64,000 bases of DNA from Eledone cirrhosa (taxonomy: Eukaryota): contig OZ024755.1 of assembly GCA_964016885.1 (NCBI GenBank), positions 19,282,001-19,346,000 of the forward strand, given 5' to 3'. Below the pieces are notes generated by a model, which was given only the letters and a program-made list of their open reading frames with translations, was not told the DNA's origin and ran no database searches. The translations under genes and the position numbers were made by a program. Shown piece by piece: positions 24,289 through 36,539 of this stretch (position 1 is its first letter; every line of letters begins with the position of its first letter).

Positions 24289-25333
24289 GCTCAAGCAGTA
24301 AACTTTTGAAAGCGGTGTTGACAATGATTTTACTATCCTAAAATGTATGAACAATGTTGACAAATTAATATTTATAGAATATTTTTCTCTGAGGAAAGTA
24401 TTGAAAAATAAAACTTAATTATAAAGTGGACAGACGGATATATATTTATTATATAAATCATTGTCTCTTTGTAATATTTCTAATTAGAGAAAATTAATTC
24501 ATATGTGGAAAAGATAAAATAGAGAACTATGTTTAATGTATCACCGTCTCGCACATGTGTACATTATAACTCTTTAGAACATAAACGAATAATTTGCTGT
24601 GATAAATTTAATATCTACGCTATGATGTAAGATCAGTGAAACATTTTTATGTATAATTGAAAAACACTGCATTTATTATTGTATCTACAGTATATAATTC
24701 TGTTTTTATTAAATGTAAACGTTTAGTATTACGTTATCGTGATGCGATTTCCCATTCCCTGATCTATGCCACCTCACTCGTGTTCTCAGTGTAGCTGGAA
24801 GCACGAATCTCATAAATTTCTACTCCCCACTAAATTATAAGACTTAAAGAAGAAACCTATATTTAGTAACACGTTTGCCTGGCACCATAACGTGTAATTA
24901 TATACTTTTAAACGAATTCGATCGTTGAACTTGTTTCGATTTACTATCTCGGCCAATTACACCATAAAACCGAGAAAAGCCTGAATGTCACTGTCATTCC
25001 TTTCAAACCATTTCACAATTGCTGCTAAATTCTTCAGATATATTTAATTTACCTTATTTCTGTTTTTAAATGTGTAATCTTGTGGTTAAGGAAGATATCA
25101 CTGTTCGTAATTCCACTGTTTCCTTATATTTTACGAACGTAAACTATGATATTACAAAATGTATTTTGTACGTGATTGATGAAAGAACATAGAATAGCAT
25201 ATTCTTGTTCTTGTTTCAATAACGAATTAGTAAACGTCACCAATGACAAACGAAACAGCAACGACAGAAACACGTGTCTTTAAATAATTATTAATTTTTA
25301 AAACACTATTTTTTGTTTTTGTTTTGCAGATAG

Positions 25334-26775
25334 ATGCGGTATTTCAGGAAAACCTTTGATTGTTTAAGATATAAACAATCTTCATTTAGAAAGTTTCTTA
25401 TTCCATGCCAAAGGCGCAAAATGTGTGACAGTACCGAAAATATCCAACCTTCAGTTGTTTCTGACCATTCTTTGCAAGACGTATGCACTACTGTCCGAGA
25501 GGGAAAAGCTGACGTATTTTTACCCAAATCTGTATTTTACAATCCAGTACAAGAATTTAACCGAGATTTAACTATTGCTGTTATTTCGGAATTTACTAAA
25601 AATTTCATTAATGATCCTTGTCATCTGAAGCGGATCGCAGCATTGGAAGAGAACCGTGACAGCAACAATTGTAACAAAAATGAGACAGTTCATGATAAAA
25701 GTAGTCCCAATAATGAAAGCTTATCCACAAAACAGATAGACACTTCTGGTAGTTCTAACAACGATAAAGGTGATAGTAATGAAGAAAATTCAACAGTGGA
25801 ACAATCTCTTGAAGCTGGAAAGTTTTATAAGAATGGGGTTCGTATTTTAGAAGGACTTGCAGCTTCTGGGCTGCGTTCAGTTCGATTTAGCCTTGAAGTT
25901 CCAGGTGTGAAGGAAATCATTGCAAATGATTATGATGAGAATGCTGTTGACTATATAAGAAAGAACATGGACAAAAATGGTGTCAGTAACCTAATGAGGG
26001 CCAATTGTGGAGATGCATCAATGTTTATGTATGAAAACCGTGAATATAAACAAAGTTTTGATGTTATTGATCTCGATCCATATGGTAGTCCTGCCCGGTT
26101 TTTAGATGGCGCAGTGCAAGCTGTGTCAGTGGGTGGCCTTTTGTGTGTGACCTGCACTGACACAGCTGTGTTATGTGGAAATGCAGGTGAGACTTGTTTC
26201 TCAAAGTACAGAGCGATGTCTCTACGTAGTGACTATTGCCATGAAATGGCACTACGTATTATACTTCAGGCTATCGAGACACATGCTAATTGTTATTCTC
26301 GCTATATTGAACCACTTGTTTCCATTAGTGCCGATTTCTATGTACGTGTTTTTGTACGAGTCTTTAAGGGCCAGGGAAAAGTGAAGCAGTCGGTGAGTAA
26401 ATTGGCTATGGTTTACCACTGTGTTGGATGTGGAACATTCAGTCTTCAGCGACTAGGTGAAAAAATACCGACCAAAGGTAACAACTTCAAATACACTCCT
26501 GCGCAAGGCCCACCTGTTGGACAAATTTGTTCACATTGTGGACATAAACATAACGTTGGTGGACCTATCTGGGCTGAAGCAATACATAATAAGGACTTCT
26601 TAAAGCAAGTTCTAACCTCAGTCCAAGAAAAAAAATATCAGTTAAATACTAAAGAACGTATTATGGGAATGCTTTCAGTTGCACATGAAGAACTCTCAGA
26701 TGCTCCATTATTTTATGTTGGAGATGGAATATGTGATAAATTACATTGTGTTGCTCCTAGTCTTTTGCAGTTCAG
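25334..26775 (+). CDS. TRMT1: tRNA (guanine26-N2,N2)-dimethyltransferase, coding exon 1
   Basis: VFYNPVQEFNRDLT, ILEGLAASGLRSVR, FDVIDLDPYGS, GGLLCVTCTD and GGPIW motifs; AG|GTGAGT donor. Confidence 0.97.
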
Positions 26776-27556
26776 GTGAGTTTTACCTTCTTTTTTTTTA
26801 CCTATCATTGACCCGTCCAACCCACACAAGCATGGAAAAGCGGATGTAAAAAGCGATGGTATACCGATTCAAATATAAGTCAACCCACCTATTTTATGTC
26901 TGAGAAATAGGCAAAAATCCAAACCACATTTATAAGCCAAGGCAGCTAATCAACAAATTAAGATGGCATATATAATCTGACCCCTCTCTCCATTTTACCT
27001 TCGGTTTTTTTGTAAAAAATTCCTTGACTTATATTCGAGTAATTAATTATACAGTAATTAAAGAATAAGTTTTTAAGTATTTACTGTATGGTTTAGAATA
27101 AATAAAAGTTTTACTGAAAATTTCTTCAATCATTTTTTTTTAATATTCAAAGTTTCTTATTTTATTTTATTATCTGTTATAGATAAACATATTATATCAA
27201 CTATATTTTACACACAGAAGTTATACAATGATGGAAATATAAAAAAAAAAAAATAGAGACAAACTTAAGTAATGAAAAAAGGAGGAAGGGGTAAAGAAGG
27301 GCAGATCTAGCTGTATAAGAAAGTAAAGGACTATAAATGCCATAAATGAGAAGAAAAGGAGGGAAAGCGCAAGGATTATTAGGCAACGAAAGAAAGAACG
27401 GGTGATAAACTCTACTCCGAAGGGTGGGGCAGTGAATTGGCTGTATGTTCCAATGGATATTAGGGAATCACTTATGTTATTCCATCTAACTTTGTAGATG
27501 AATTCATAGAATCACAGTCCACTTGTTCATATATATATATATATATATATACATAT

Positions 27557-27683
27557 ATAGGAACAAGTATGACCCCGACGGCAGACCTCAAGCCGTTTCG
27601 ACGGCTAATTCTGGACTAATTCAGTCCAGAATTAGCCGTCGAAATGGCTTGAGCTCTGCCGTCGGGGTCATACTTGTTCCTAT
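27557..27683. repeat. 127-bp near-perfect hairpin
   Basis: 61-bp arms with 2 mismatches, 5-nt loop AATTC at 27618-27622. Confidence 0.95.
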
Positions 27684-28151
27684 TACCCACTCTACTACCC
27701 TAAGTATTGAGTATATATCTAACAACAAAAAACTCAACCCCTATGGAAGAAATAACCTAGATAGCAGTGGAGAGCCGACCAGGAGGTGTAACTGTCCTGT
27801 TGGATCCATTTTCCCCCTCGACAACAGATGCAGAGATCGTAATGTGATCTACCAGTGCAACGTGAGGACGGTCCGGGTTTCGGAGAGTATGTCTGTGTTG
27901 GTATAGCCAGGTCTTGAAGTCACAAACGGTTAATCCAATATAAGCTTTGATGGAGGTGTCCGTCCTCACGTTGCACTGGTAGATCACATTACGATCTCTG
28001 CATCTGTTGTCGAGGGGGAAAATGGATCCAACAGGACAGTTACACCTCCTGGTCGGCTCTCCACTGCTATCTAGGTTATTTCTTCCATAGGGGTTGAGTT
28101 GTTTGTTGTGAGATATATACTCAATACTTAGGGTAGTAGAGTGGGTAATAG
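27680..28151 (-). mobile_element. Penelope-like element fragment (GIY-YIG) in a fold-back inverted duplication
   Basis: Minus 28149-27868 reads ...HNKQL...CNC...PLDNRC...VIYQCNV...AYIGLT..DFK....H; arms 27680-27871 and 27960-28151 differ at 2 positions. Confidence 0.85.
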
Positions 28152-28285
28152 CTAAATAAAGCTATTATATATATATATATATATATATATTTAATTAGAA
28201 ACTGAACAACACAAAATATAACTACTCCATTACCAAAGGTTTCTGGGTCTCAGATAATAATATACGTCTGGATCGGTTGTCAGAC

Positions 28286-28343
<58 letters not shown>

Positions 28344-28732
28344 TAGTTTCTACTTTTTGGCACAAGGCCAGCAATTATCCCAGTGTATTACTGGTACTTT
28401 ATTTTATCGACCCCGTAAGGATGAAAGGCAAAGTTAACCTCGGCGGGATTTGAACTCAGATCGTAAATGTTTTAAAAAATAGCCCTGGCATTTCCATGTA
28501 TCTTCAAAATTGTTGAAGTTCAGAAGAGCATGTGTTGCTACTGAACATGGATGGCCTAGCGATTAGGAAATTGGAACCTCACCATGTACACATCCAGAGT
28601 TAACCACAGATAGCATTAGAATGGTGTGTGATATTCAACCTGTTGAGAGTAGACAATACTTGATGATAAGGATGACGATATAAATTTGCTCTTGCAAAAC
28701 AATGTTTTAGTAAATTTTATATTTAACTTCAG

Positions 28733-28823
28733 ATCTGCTCTTTTGAATGCTGGTTATGAAGTGTCATTGTCACATTGTGTTAAAAATTCCCATAAAACAA
28801 ATGCTCCAGCTGAATTCATTTGG
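28733..28823 (+). CDS. TRMT1: TRMT1 coding exon 2
   Basis: (R)SALLNAGYEVSLSHCVKNSHKTNAPAEFIW; CAG/GTAAGT flanks. Confidence 0.95.
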
Positions 28824-28964
28824 GTAAGTATTGTATTTTATTAGTAGAGTGAGAACAAAGATTTAATATAGAAAAGGCTTCTACAGGCATTCCTGATGAT
28901 TTCATACAAATGAAACAGTTCTATTCCTGTAGAAGCCTTTTCTATATACATATTTATATATATA

Positions 28965-29173
28965 TCTATATCCAAAATTAAGATAAATTAAATGAATTTA
29001 ATCTAAATCGAAATTATGGGTGTCATGTCATAACGGCATGCGCCATATCGCCTGGGAATAAGCTCAAAGATATATCCGAACATTTTATAATAACTAGAAA
29101 TTGATTAACATATAAATATACATGAATAATCACAGGAGATAATTTTTACACGCGTGTAACCACGCATAGCTAG
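28965..29173 (+). mobile_element. Short non-autonomous Helitron
   Basis: A|TCTATATCC... GCGTG-TAAC-CACGC hairpin ...CTAG|T. Confidence 0.65.
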
Positions 29174-29763
29174 TTTGGGTAATAATTAAATTTATACCTT
29201 TAAGTATGATTATATATTTATATATATAATTCTTATGAAGCCCTCTTCAGATTTTGATCTTCATATCTATTATTACTATATACATATTTATATTCAGGGG
29301 CGGTCAGTCTAAACGAATGGACGTAGGCTGCCCCTAAACAAATATTCCAATTTTATTTTTATTTTTTGTGTTACCATGATTCTTTTATGATTTTCATGCA
29401 ATGCACCTGATGATGTTGTTGGAATTCTACTGGCCATTGAAATATATATATAGTGTCTGCAGAAATAAATACTTTAAAGGAATCTCAAACTTTATTCAAT
29501 AATATATATATGTGTATACACAGACACACACAATACTGACGGTGCTGTTGTACACCATCTGCAAATGCAGGTGCCGATGTCTAACCAGGTGGTGAAGTAA
29601 CTCTGTTTTTATTTTATAGTGTTCAGTCATTAATATATTTATCTCAGACAAATATAATAAATATTTAAAATGCTTTTTTGAATTTTAATTATTAAATGTA
29701 AAATTTATTAATATAGACTTTTAGAAAATGATTTAATAATTTCTGTTTTGTTTTTGTTAACAG

Positions 29764-30042
29764 GATATAATGAGAGAATGGACCAAAAAGCATCCTGTTA
29801 ATGAGAAAAGGTTACAGCCAGGTTCTGTTTCTAAAGCTATTTTAGATAAGAAAGCTACCCATGATATATCCTTTGATATTCATCCAGATGCCAACCCTCC
29901 ATCTCGTAAACAGGGTCTCTTGCGCTGGCAAGTAAACCCTGAACCAAACTGGGGACCAAGACCAAGAGCTAAAATATTTAATGAAAACCAAGTTGAGAGT
30001 AAACCAAAGGCAGTGAAAGTGAATAAACGGAAATATGAAAAG
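29764..30042 (+). CDS. TRMT1: TRMT1 coding exon 3
   Basis: DIMREW...HPDANPPSRKQGLLRWQVNPEPNWGPRPRAK...KRKYEK; CAG/GTATGT flanks. Confidence 0.95.
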
Positions 30043-31148
30043 GTATGTACTTTTAATGAAACAAGTAGACATCTTTTGTAGTTTATTGTGTTATATTAGG
30101 ATTTAATCTCTCCACTGCATTTAGTATTTACATTATTCTATATCTACTATTGTATTTTCACAGTAAAGGCTTTATCTCATTATTATCTCACATAATATTA
30201 AATATATGATTTTGATGTTATTTATTTTGAGAACAACACTTTAACTTAAGTATGAGCAGTCAGTTACAGCTGGTTCGAACAGAAAGAAGTGAGAGAGTTC
30301 TGGCTGGATATGGTCGGTTTAATACCCCCTAATTGGCCCTTGGGTCTCTTTAATGAAATCCACTCCACTCTAGTAGAAGCTTCTTTGGCTTGATAACAGA
30401 CCATGGACACAGCTTGGCCAAATAGTTAAGAAGTTTGCTCCACAAATATTAGGTCCCAAGTTCAATCCCAATGAAAGGCATCATGGACAAGTGTCTTTTA
30501 CCATATTCTCAGTTTGACCCATACTTTGTGAGTGAAACGGGGTAGACAGACACTGTTTCGAAGCCCGTCAAATGGCCTGTACCTGTAATTCAAAGGGCCC
30601 AGCATACCACACACTATTATGCTGAATCTCCCTGAGAATTACATTTAAGGGTATGTGTGTCTGTGGAATACTCAACCACTTACATTATAATATCTAATGG
30701 ACTGTACCTGTAATTCAAAGGGGCCAGCATGTCACACACTGTGTTATGCTTAATCTCCCTGAGAATTACATTAATGGTACACGTGTCTGTGGAATGCTCA
30801 GCCACGTACACATAAATGTCATGAAGAACTGGTTGCAGGTCTTCGTTATTTTGATCGTTAATGTATTGTTCATTTTCTTTGATGTTGATTAGAGATAAAA
30901 ATTTATTTTGAATAAGGAAGAAAGTACACAGACTGTATTTTCAAAAGATTTTTTACCTTTCAACCTTTCATTGCTATGTTTTCCTTATCGTTTTTACACC
31001 TGTTTTTCCACTTTTACATTGATAACAATAACAACAACAACAACAACAACAATAATTTTATTGAATCATTTTTTCTGTTTGTTTAAATTAAATTTTGGTT
31101 TGAATATTAATGTCAAATTAATTTGTTTACTTTATCTGCTTATTTTAG

Positions 31149-31274
31149 GTAGAACTTGACCTGAAACTGTATTCTTGTAAAAATCTGAAAACAGGAAATT
31201 GTAAACTTGGAGATACTTGTCGATACAGTCATGATTTTGATCAAGTTAACAAAGTCAAAGAAGGAACACAGTAG
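31149..31274 (+). CDS. TRMT1: TRMT1 last coding exon with CCCH zinc finger
   Basis: VELDLKLYSCKNLKTGNCKLGDTCRYSH...TQ* (C-x7-C-x5-C-x3-H, as in metazoan TRMT1); AATAAA at 31366-31371. Confidence 0.9.
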   Translation, partial: VELDLKLYSCKNLKTGNCKLGDTCRYSHDFDQVNKVKEGTQ

Positions 31275-31427
31275 AAATATTCAATTAGTAAAAGATTTGA
31301 AGAAATAGCTTGGAATTCTAAGAGTATTTTTTATATTTTCTAAGTTATTATTATTAATCTTGAAAAATAAATCCTTTTAAATACACTGATTTTTCTAAAA
31401 TTCAAATTATTTAAAAAAAATTTTGTA

Positions 31428-31464
<37 letters not shown>

Positions 31465-31507
31465 AACCCATGCGAGTGTGGAAGAATGGACATAAAAACT
31501 ATGATGA

Positions 31508-31557
<50 letters not shown>

Positions 31558-32199
31558 GTTTCTACTTTTGGCACAAGGCCAGCAATTACCCAGTGCATTA
31601 CTGGTTTGTTATCTTATCGACCACGTAAGGATGAAAGGCAAAGTTAACCTCGACGGGATTTGAACTCAGAATGACAAGGGCTGTAACTCTATCCGTCAAA
31701 GCATGGCATCCGACCCTCTACCGATATTGCCAATCCACCGCCCCTTATGTATAATGTCCACATCATCATAATTTCTGTTTGTTTTCCATGTTGGCATGAG
31801 TCTGATGGGTTGTCACAGACCAGTCAGTTCTTATTTGGAATTACTGAGTTTTTTAAACAGGTTGGAGGACTATGTCCCATTCATATATTCTATTTTGGCA
31901 TGGTTTCTATAGCTGGATGTCCTTCCTAATGTCAGTCACACGAGCTGTATGCATTTTATCATGACACCAGCACTACAGAGTTTGGCATGTCCTCTGCAAG
32001 ACTAACAAGTCCTCTCTACTCTATTTGGTTTCTGTTCTTTCAAAGCAAACATGACAAAGAAGTGTGATTGCCAAGAAGGTGACAAAAGAGCAGAGTGTAA
32101 GTTTGAATGTGGTGATAGTGAATGTCTGGTACATATAGAAAACACAGGGATAGGCAGCTAAATAACAAAATAAGGTAAATAGAGGTGACCAACAACTTT

Positions 32200-32760
32200 T
32201 TAGAGGAATATGAAATGTTAATGAGAGCAAAGATCAACCTGGACAAGTTGGTGGGTGTGCAGCTCAGCACCTAGTGAGGTAAATCCATGCCATTGAATAG
32301 GATTGTAGGTGCTGGACAACAGAACAGTTAAGTTGCTTGGGGTCTGGGCCACCTGCCCCTGGTGGATAAGAACTGGGATGAAGTAATGAGCATGGTGGTC
32401 AATCTTACCCAAAAATGGGCCGATAGGAAACTGTCCCTAAAAGGTCGAGGCAAAGATAGCAAATGTACACATTACTTCCGCCATCTATTACTGCCTGACT
32501 GTCATAACTTGTCCCAGTACATAACTCAACAGATTGGAAAACCTGTGCTTTCACTTCTTGTGACAGGAACAGGTTCCACTGTTCAAGTGATCCATCTGCT
32601 ACCAACACCTTTTATGTGGAGGGCTGGCCATGCCATAGCTGATGATGTGTAAACATGTGCTGAGGTTATGGCATCTGCACATATTCATAAACAGTGAACA
32701 GGTGTGGTTGTCATTTGTGAGACACTTCCTTCCACAGTCATCATGTAGAGTTGGTGACTT
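32200..32760 (+). mobile_element. Decayed L1/Tx1-like LINE fragment
   Basis: Frameshifted V.LLGVW...KNWDEV...LTQKWADRKLSLKGR, typical of the post-RT region of Tx1. Confidence 0.6.
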
Positions 32761-33380
32761 CTGCTTTTGTAAGATTAGACTGCCTCAGCTACATTTTATG
32801 GGGATTTCAATATCAGAGTCAGTGCAGAGTATGATATCAGGTGTATATGGTTTGGTTACCTCAAAGTAATTAAAGTAAACAAAAACATTTAGAGATTGCT
32901 GGAACTATGTTGCACGAGACAGCTATGAATTTCTAAGCTATACTTCACAAATAAAGACAACCATAGAATTTCATAGAAGCATCCTGAATTTCATCATTAG
33001 CATCAACTATATCTTGTTATTGTCACAACAAAAGAAAATGTCTCTGAATATTATTTATGGTTGCAAAAAAAAAAAAAAAAATTAATTTGAGCCCCTTTAA
33101 CCCTATAGCTTTTACATTAGTCTATATGTTTTTTTACAGTAAAGGATTTATCTCACATAATATCAAATTTATGAGATTTTGATATTTATTTTGAGAACAA
33201 TACCTCAACATCAGTATGAGTGGCTGGTTATGGTCAGTTTGAACAGAAAGAAATGAGAGAATGCTGGCTGGTTTAAAAGGTAAAGAGTTAAATATTGGGG
33301 CCTTTGGTTAAAGTTCAATCACCTCATCACACCACCAACAAGTAAACCAAGGTTAGTCTTTTGATTGTGATAAATATTGT

Positions 33381-34044
33381 CAGATGCTGTTTACTCGAGA
33401 GAAGACTACGTTGGTATGGCTACGTGATGTGCATGAAAGACAACAGCTGTATAAAAAAGTGCAGGGCGATCAAAATTGATGGTAGTTATGGAGTAGGTAG
33501 ACCCAGAAAAACCTGGGACGATCTGATATATTCCGACCTTACACACTTGCACCTCTCTAAGACAATGTCACTGGACCAAGATCTTTGGCGCTATGCAGTA
33601 ATACAGAAGACCCGCTTTGCCTATGTACAAAGCAAAACCTACAGTCAGTAGGCACCTCTTAACCAAATATACACCCCAATCCACTACCCCCTACCCTATC
33701 CTCCCACTCCCACCAACACCACTCTCTCTCTGTAAAGTTGGTACCACAACATCTAGTCCAAATAAATGAGATAATGAGATCGAGATCGTGTAGGTGTCAC
33801 AACAAAAAAAAAAAAACACATAGTCCACGCTGTAATGTGGCCGTGTAGGTAACACGGTAAAAAGTTCCCAGTTCCACACTGTAAATGTGGATGGTGTTAG
33901 GAAGGGCATCCAGCCGTAGAAAACCTGCCAGATAGTCCTATACGAGCGAGACACGGTCGCCCGACCAATCTTGCCTCAAGTGGGACAATTCCCATCTAAC
34001 CCATGCTAGTGTGGAAGATGGATGTTAAATGATGATGATGATGA
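33381..34044 (+). mobile_element. RTE LINE 3' end
   Basis: RRLRWYGYVM...GRPRKTWDDLI, followed by 3' UTR and (GAT)n tail. Confidence 0.85.
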
Positions 34045-34384
34045 TTGGAGCCATTGGTTAAAGTGATAAATAATGAGGCCATTGGTTAAAGTTCAATCAC
34101 TCCATCACACCACCAACAAGCAATGGTCTTCTGATTGAGATAGATATCCAATAAGTTCAATTCACTGCAAAGCTATTTTACAGTCTGTCACCCAAGTGTC
34201 AACAAATTAAGTTCTTTGTAGTCAAAGAAACCACCAAACCAGCTCTTTACAATATTGATATTTATTAATAAATAAACAAATTAAGACTGAAATCTTCACA
34301 CTATTTAAATAATACCACTCAGATTAGATGCTTTACAACTTTTCCTCACTTTAAAAAATGCCCATACCTGTTTGCTGGGGATGT

Positions 34385-34415
<31 letters not shown>

Positions 34416-34592
34416 TCGCGTAGCATTCTATATTTAGTTTTTTTTCCCTAGTTATTGTTTAGCCATTAGTCGCCACTCGGTATTCATTTATTACCTTAAA
34501 GAGAGAGTGGGAACGGGAATATAAATGTGTCAATTGTAATGTGTATAGAAAATAACTACCAGTATGTTATCACACTTATAAATATAAATACA

Positions 34593-35849
34593 CTAGCAGT
34601 TTAGCCCGGCGTTGCACGGGTTTGTTCATTTGCTATGAAAAGTTACATACACGTAAACGTGGCTTGAAAGCGAATAAGCTTATCAATTAAGTGCATAAAG
34701 CAGTTGAACCGGTTATTAAAAGTTACGAACCAATTAGCATTTTGGACAATCAATGATGGGTTAATAATCTTCCAATAGCGAATTTAGTAGACCAAAGTTG
34801 CAAGATGGTGGCCCTGATGCCGCTGGGTGTCAGATCTGTCCGCCATGGGTGACCCTACCAGGAAATAGTTTTCCAGACGGCATAGCTCCAACACCTGCAC
34901 CAACATCTATAGCACCTCTTTGTAGACGATATTGCGTGTCATCCCTTGAGGAGTGTAAGCAAAAAGTCCATCCCTGCTCCCTACGTAGTCTGCTAATATG
35001 CAAATCAGGCCAATCAGTCACTGTGTATTTTTGAAAATAGCATATATTTTCACTAGCTCTGGCAATTTGGCAGGTGAACAGTGAGCTGTACTGATGAAGG
35101 GTGATACCCAGAAACATTAGTGTCTGCAGTTCTGTGCGCATGCCAACACAAGAGCAAGAATGAAGTGTTCATTCCACTGACATGGCTATAAAATTGAGGC
35201 TTGTTTGCAAAATTGCAAACGAATCGAATATTATTATTAACATTCGAAAAACTCAGATTACATTTATTGTATTCAGTCATGTAGCGCGAAATTTTCTTTT
35301 CTTTTTTATATATATGTAGAGATTTATAAATACACCAATGCACACACATATGTACATACACATATACATCACATTTTGCTTCGTTTGACATGTCCATGAA
35401 CAAAGGAAATGAATATTTACAAAACCAAAAGATTAGCATGTCCAATTGTCAACTGGTGAGGGGACAAAGGAACAAAATTTCAAATGCCTGCTTAGATTCA
35501 CCATACATATTTTTACACACACACACACATATATATATATATGACAAATATAATTGAGAATTAACATTTCTACTTCTGAATAACAGCTGTTATTACTAAA
35601 ACAACTTGTAAAAGCTATTTTCTTCGCTAAGTGTTTATCTTGAACTCTTAGGAAGAATATAAGCACGGCTGTGAAAGTAAAACAAATAGTTTAAGGTAAA
35701 TTTGATATCAGCATCGAATACAAGGTTAATACAATTGCCAACAAGTAAGTTAACTTTTAATAAGTAAATGATAAACTAACAAAGAATGAAAGAATGCATG
35801 TTTCCACCTGAGCAACTTTGCCACCCATTTCTCATTTTAGATATATAGG
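34593..35849 (-). mobile_element. Helitron-like element, about 1.26 kb
   Basis: Minus 3' end CCCGTGCAACGCCGGG...CTAG|T at 34593; putative 5' end (C)CTATATATCTAAAATGAG near 35849 is less certain. Confidence 0.55.
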
Positions 35850-35877
35850 CCTATGTATTTTACAACTAACTAACTAA

Positions 35878-35910
<33 letters not shown>

Positions 35911-35911
<1 letters not shown>

Positions 35912-36535
35912 CATCATCATCATCTTCGTTTAACGTCCATCTGTGTGTTTTTTGTCGTGACACCTACACAATCTCGATCTCATTATCTCATTTATTTGGA
36001 CTGGATGTTGTGGTACCAACTTTACAGAGAGAGGGTGGTGTTGGCGGGAGTGGGAGGATAGGGTAGGGGGTAGTGGATTGGGGTGTATATTTGGTTAAGA
36101 GGTGCCCACTGACTAGGTTTCGCTTTGTACATAGGCAAGGCGGGTCTTCTGTATTACTGCGTAGCACCAAAGATCTCGGTCCAGTGACATTGTCTTAGAG
36201 AGGTGCAAGTCTGTAAGGTCGGAATTTATCAGATCGTCCCTTGTTTATCTGGGTCTACCTACTCCGTAACTACCATCAATTTTGATCGACTGCACTTTTT
36301 TTATACAGCTGTTGTCTTTCATGCACATCACGTGGCCATACCAACGTAGTCTTATCTCAAGTAAATAGCATCTGATACCTCTTATTCCTAATTTCTCATT
36401 TAGTTCATTTATGCTTTGCCGTTCACGTATATTACTATTACACATCCAATGGAGCATGCATGCTTCATTCCTTTCCAGTCTGCGCAGGTCCTCTGCACAT
36501 AATGCCCATGTCTCACTGCCATGTAGCATTGCTGT
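35911..36535 (-). mobile_element. RTE LINE 3' end
   Basis: MLHGSETWAL...RLRWYGHVM...GRPR, followed by 3' UTR and (GAT)n tail. Confidence 0.85.
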
Positions 36536-36539
36536 TCGT

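Noticed and set aside
27523-27987. 127-aa and 76-aa ORFs as independent genes
   Set aside because: They are read-throughs of the palindromic Penelope fragment in a TRMT1 intron, with no RT domain or proper start
20795-31274. Functional link between PMVK (mevalonate pathway) and tRNA modification
   Set aside because: The isoprenoid-dependent tRNA modification is i6A by TRIT1; TRMT1 is a SAM-dependent methyltransferase, so adjacency implies no pathway link
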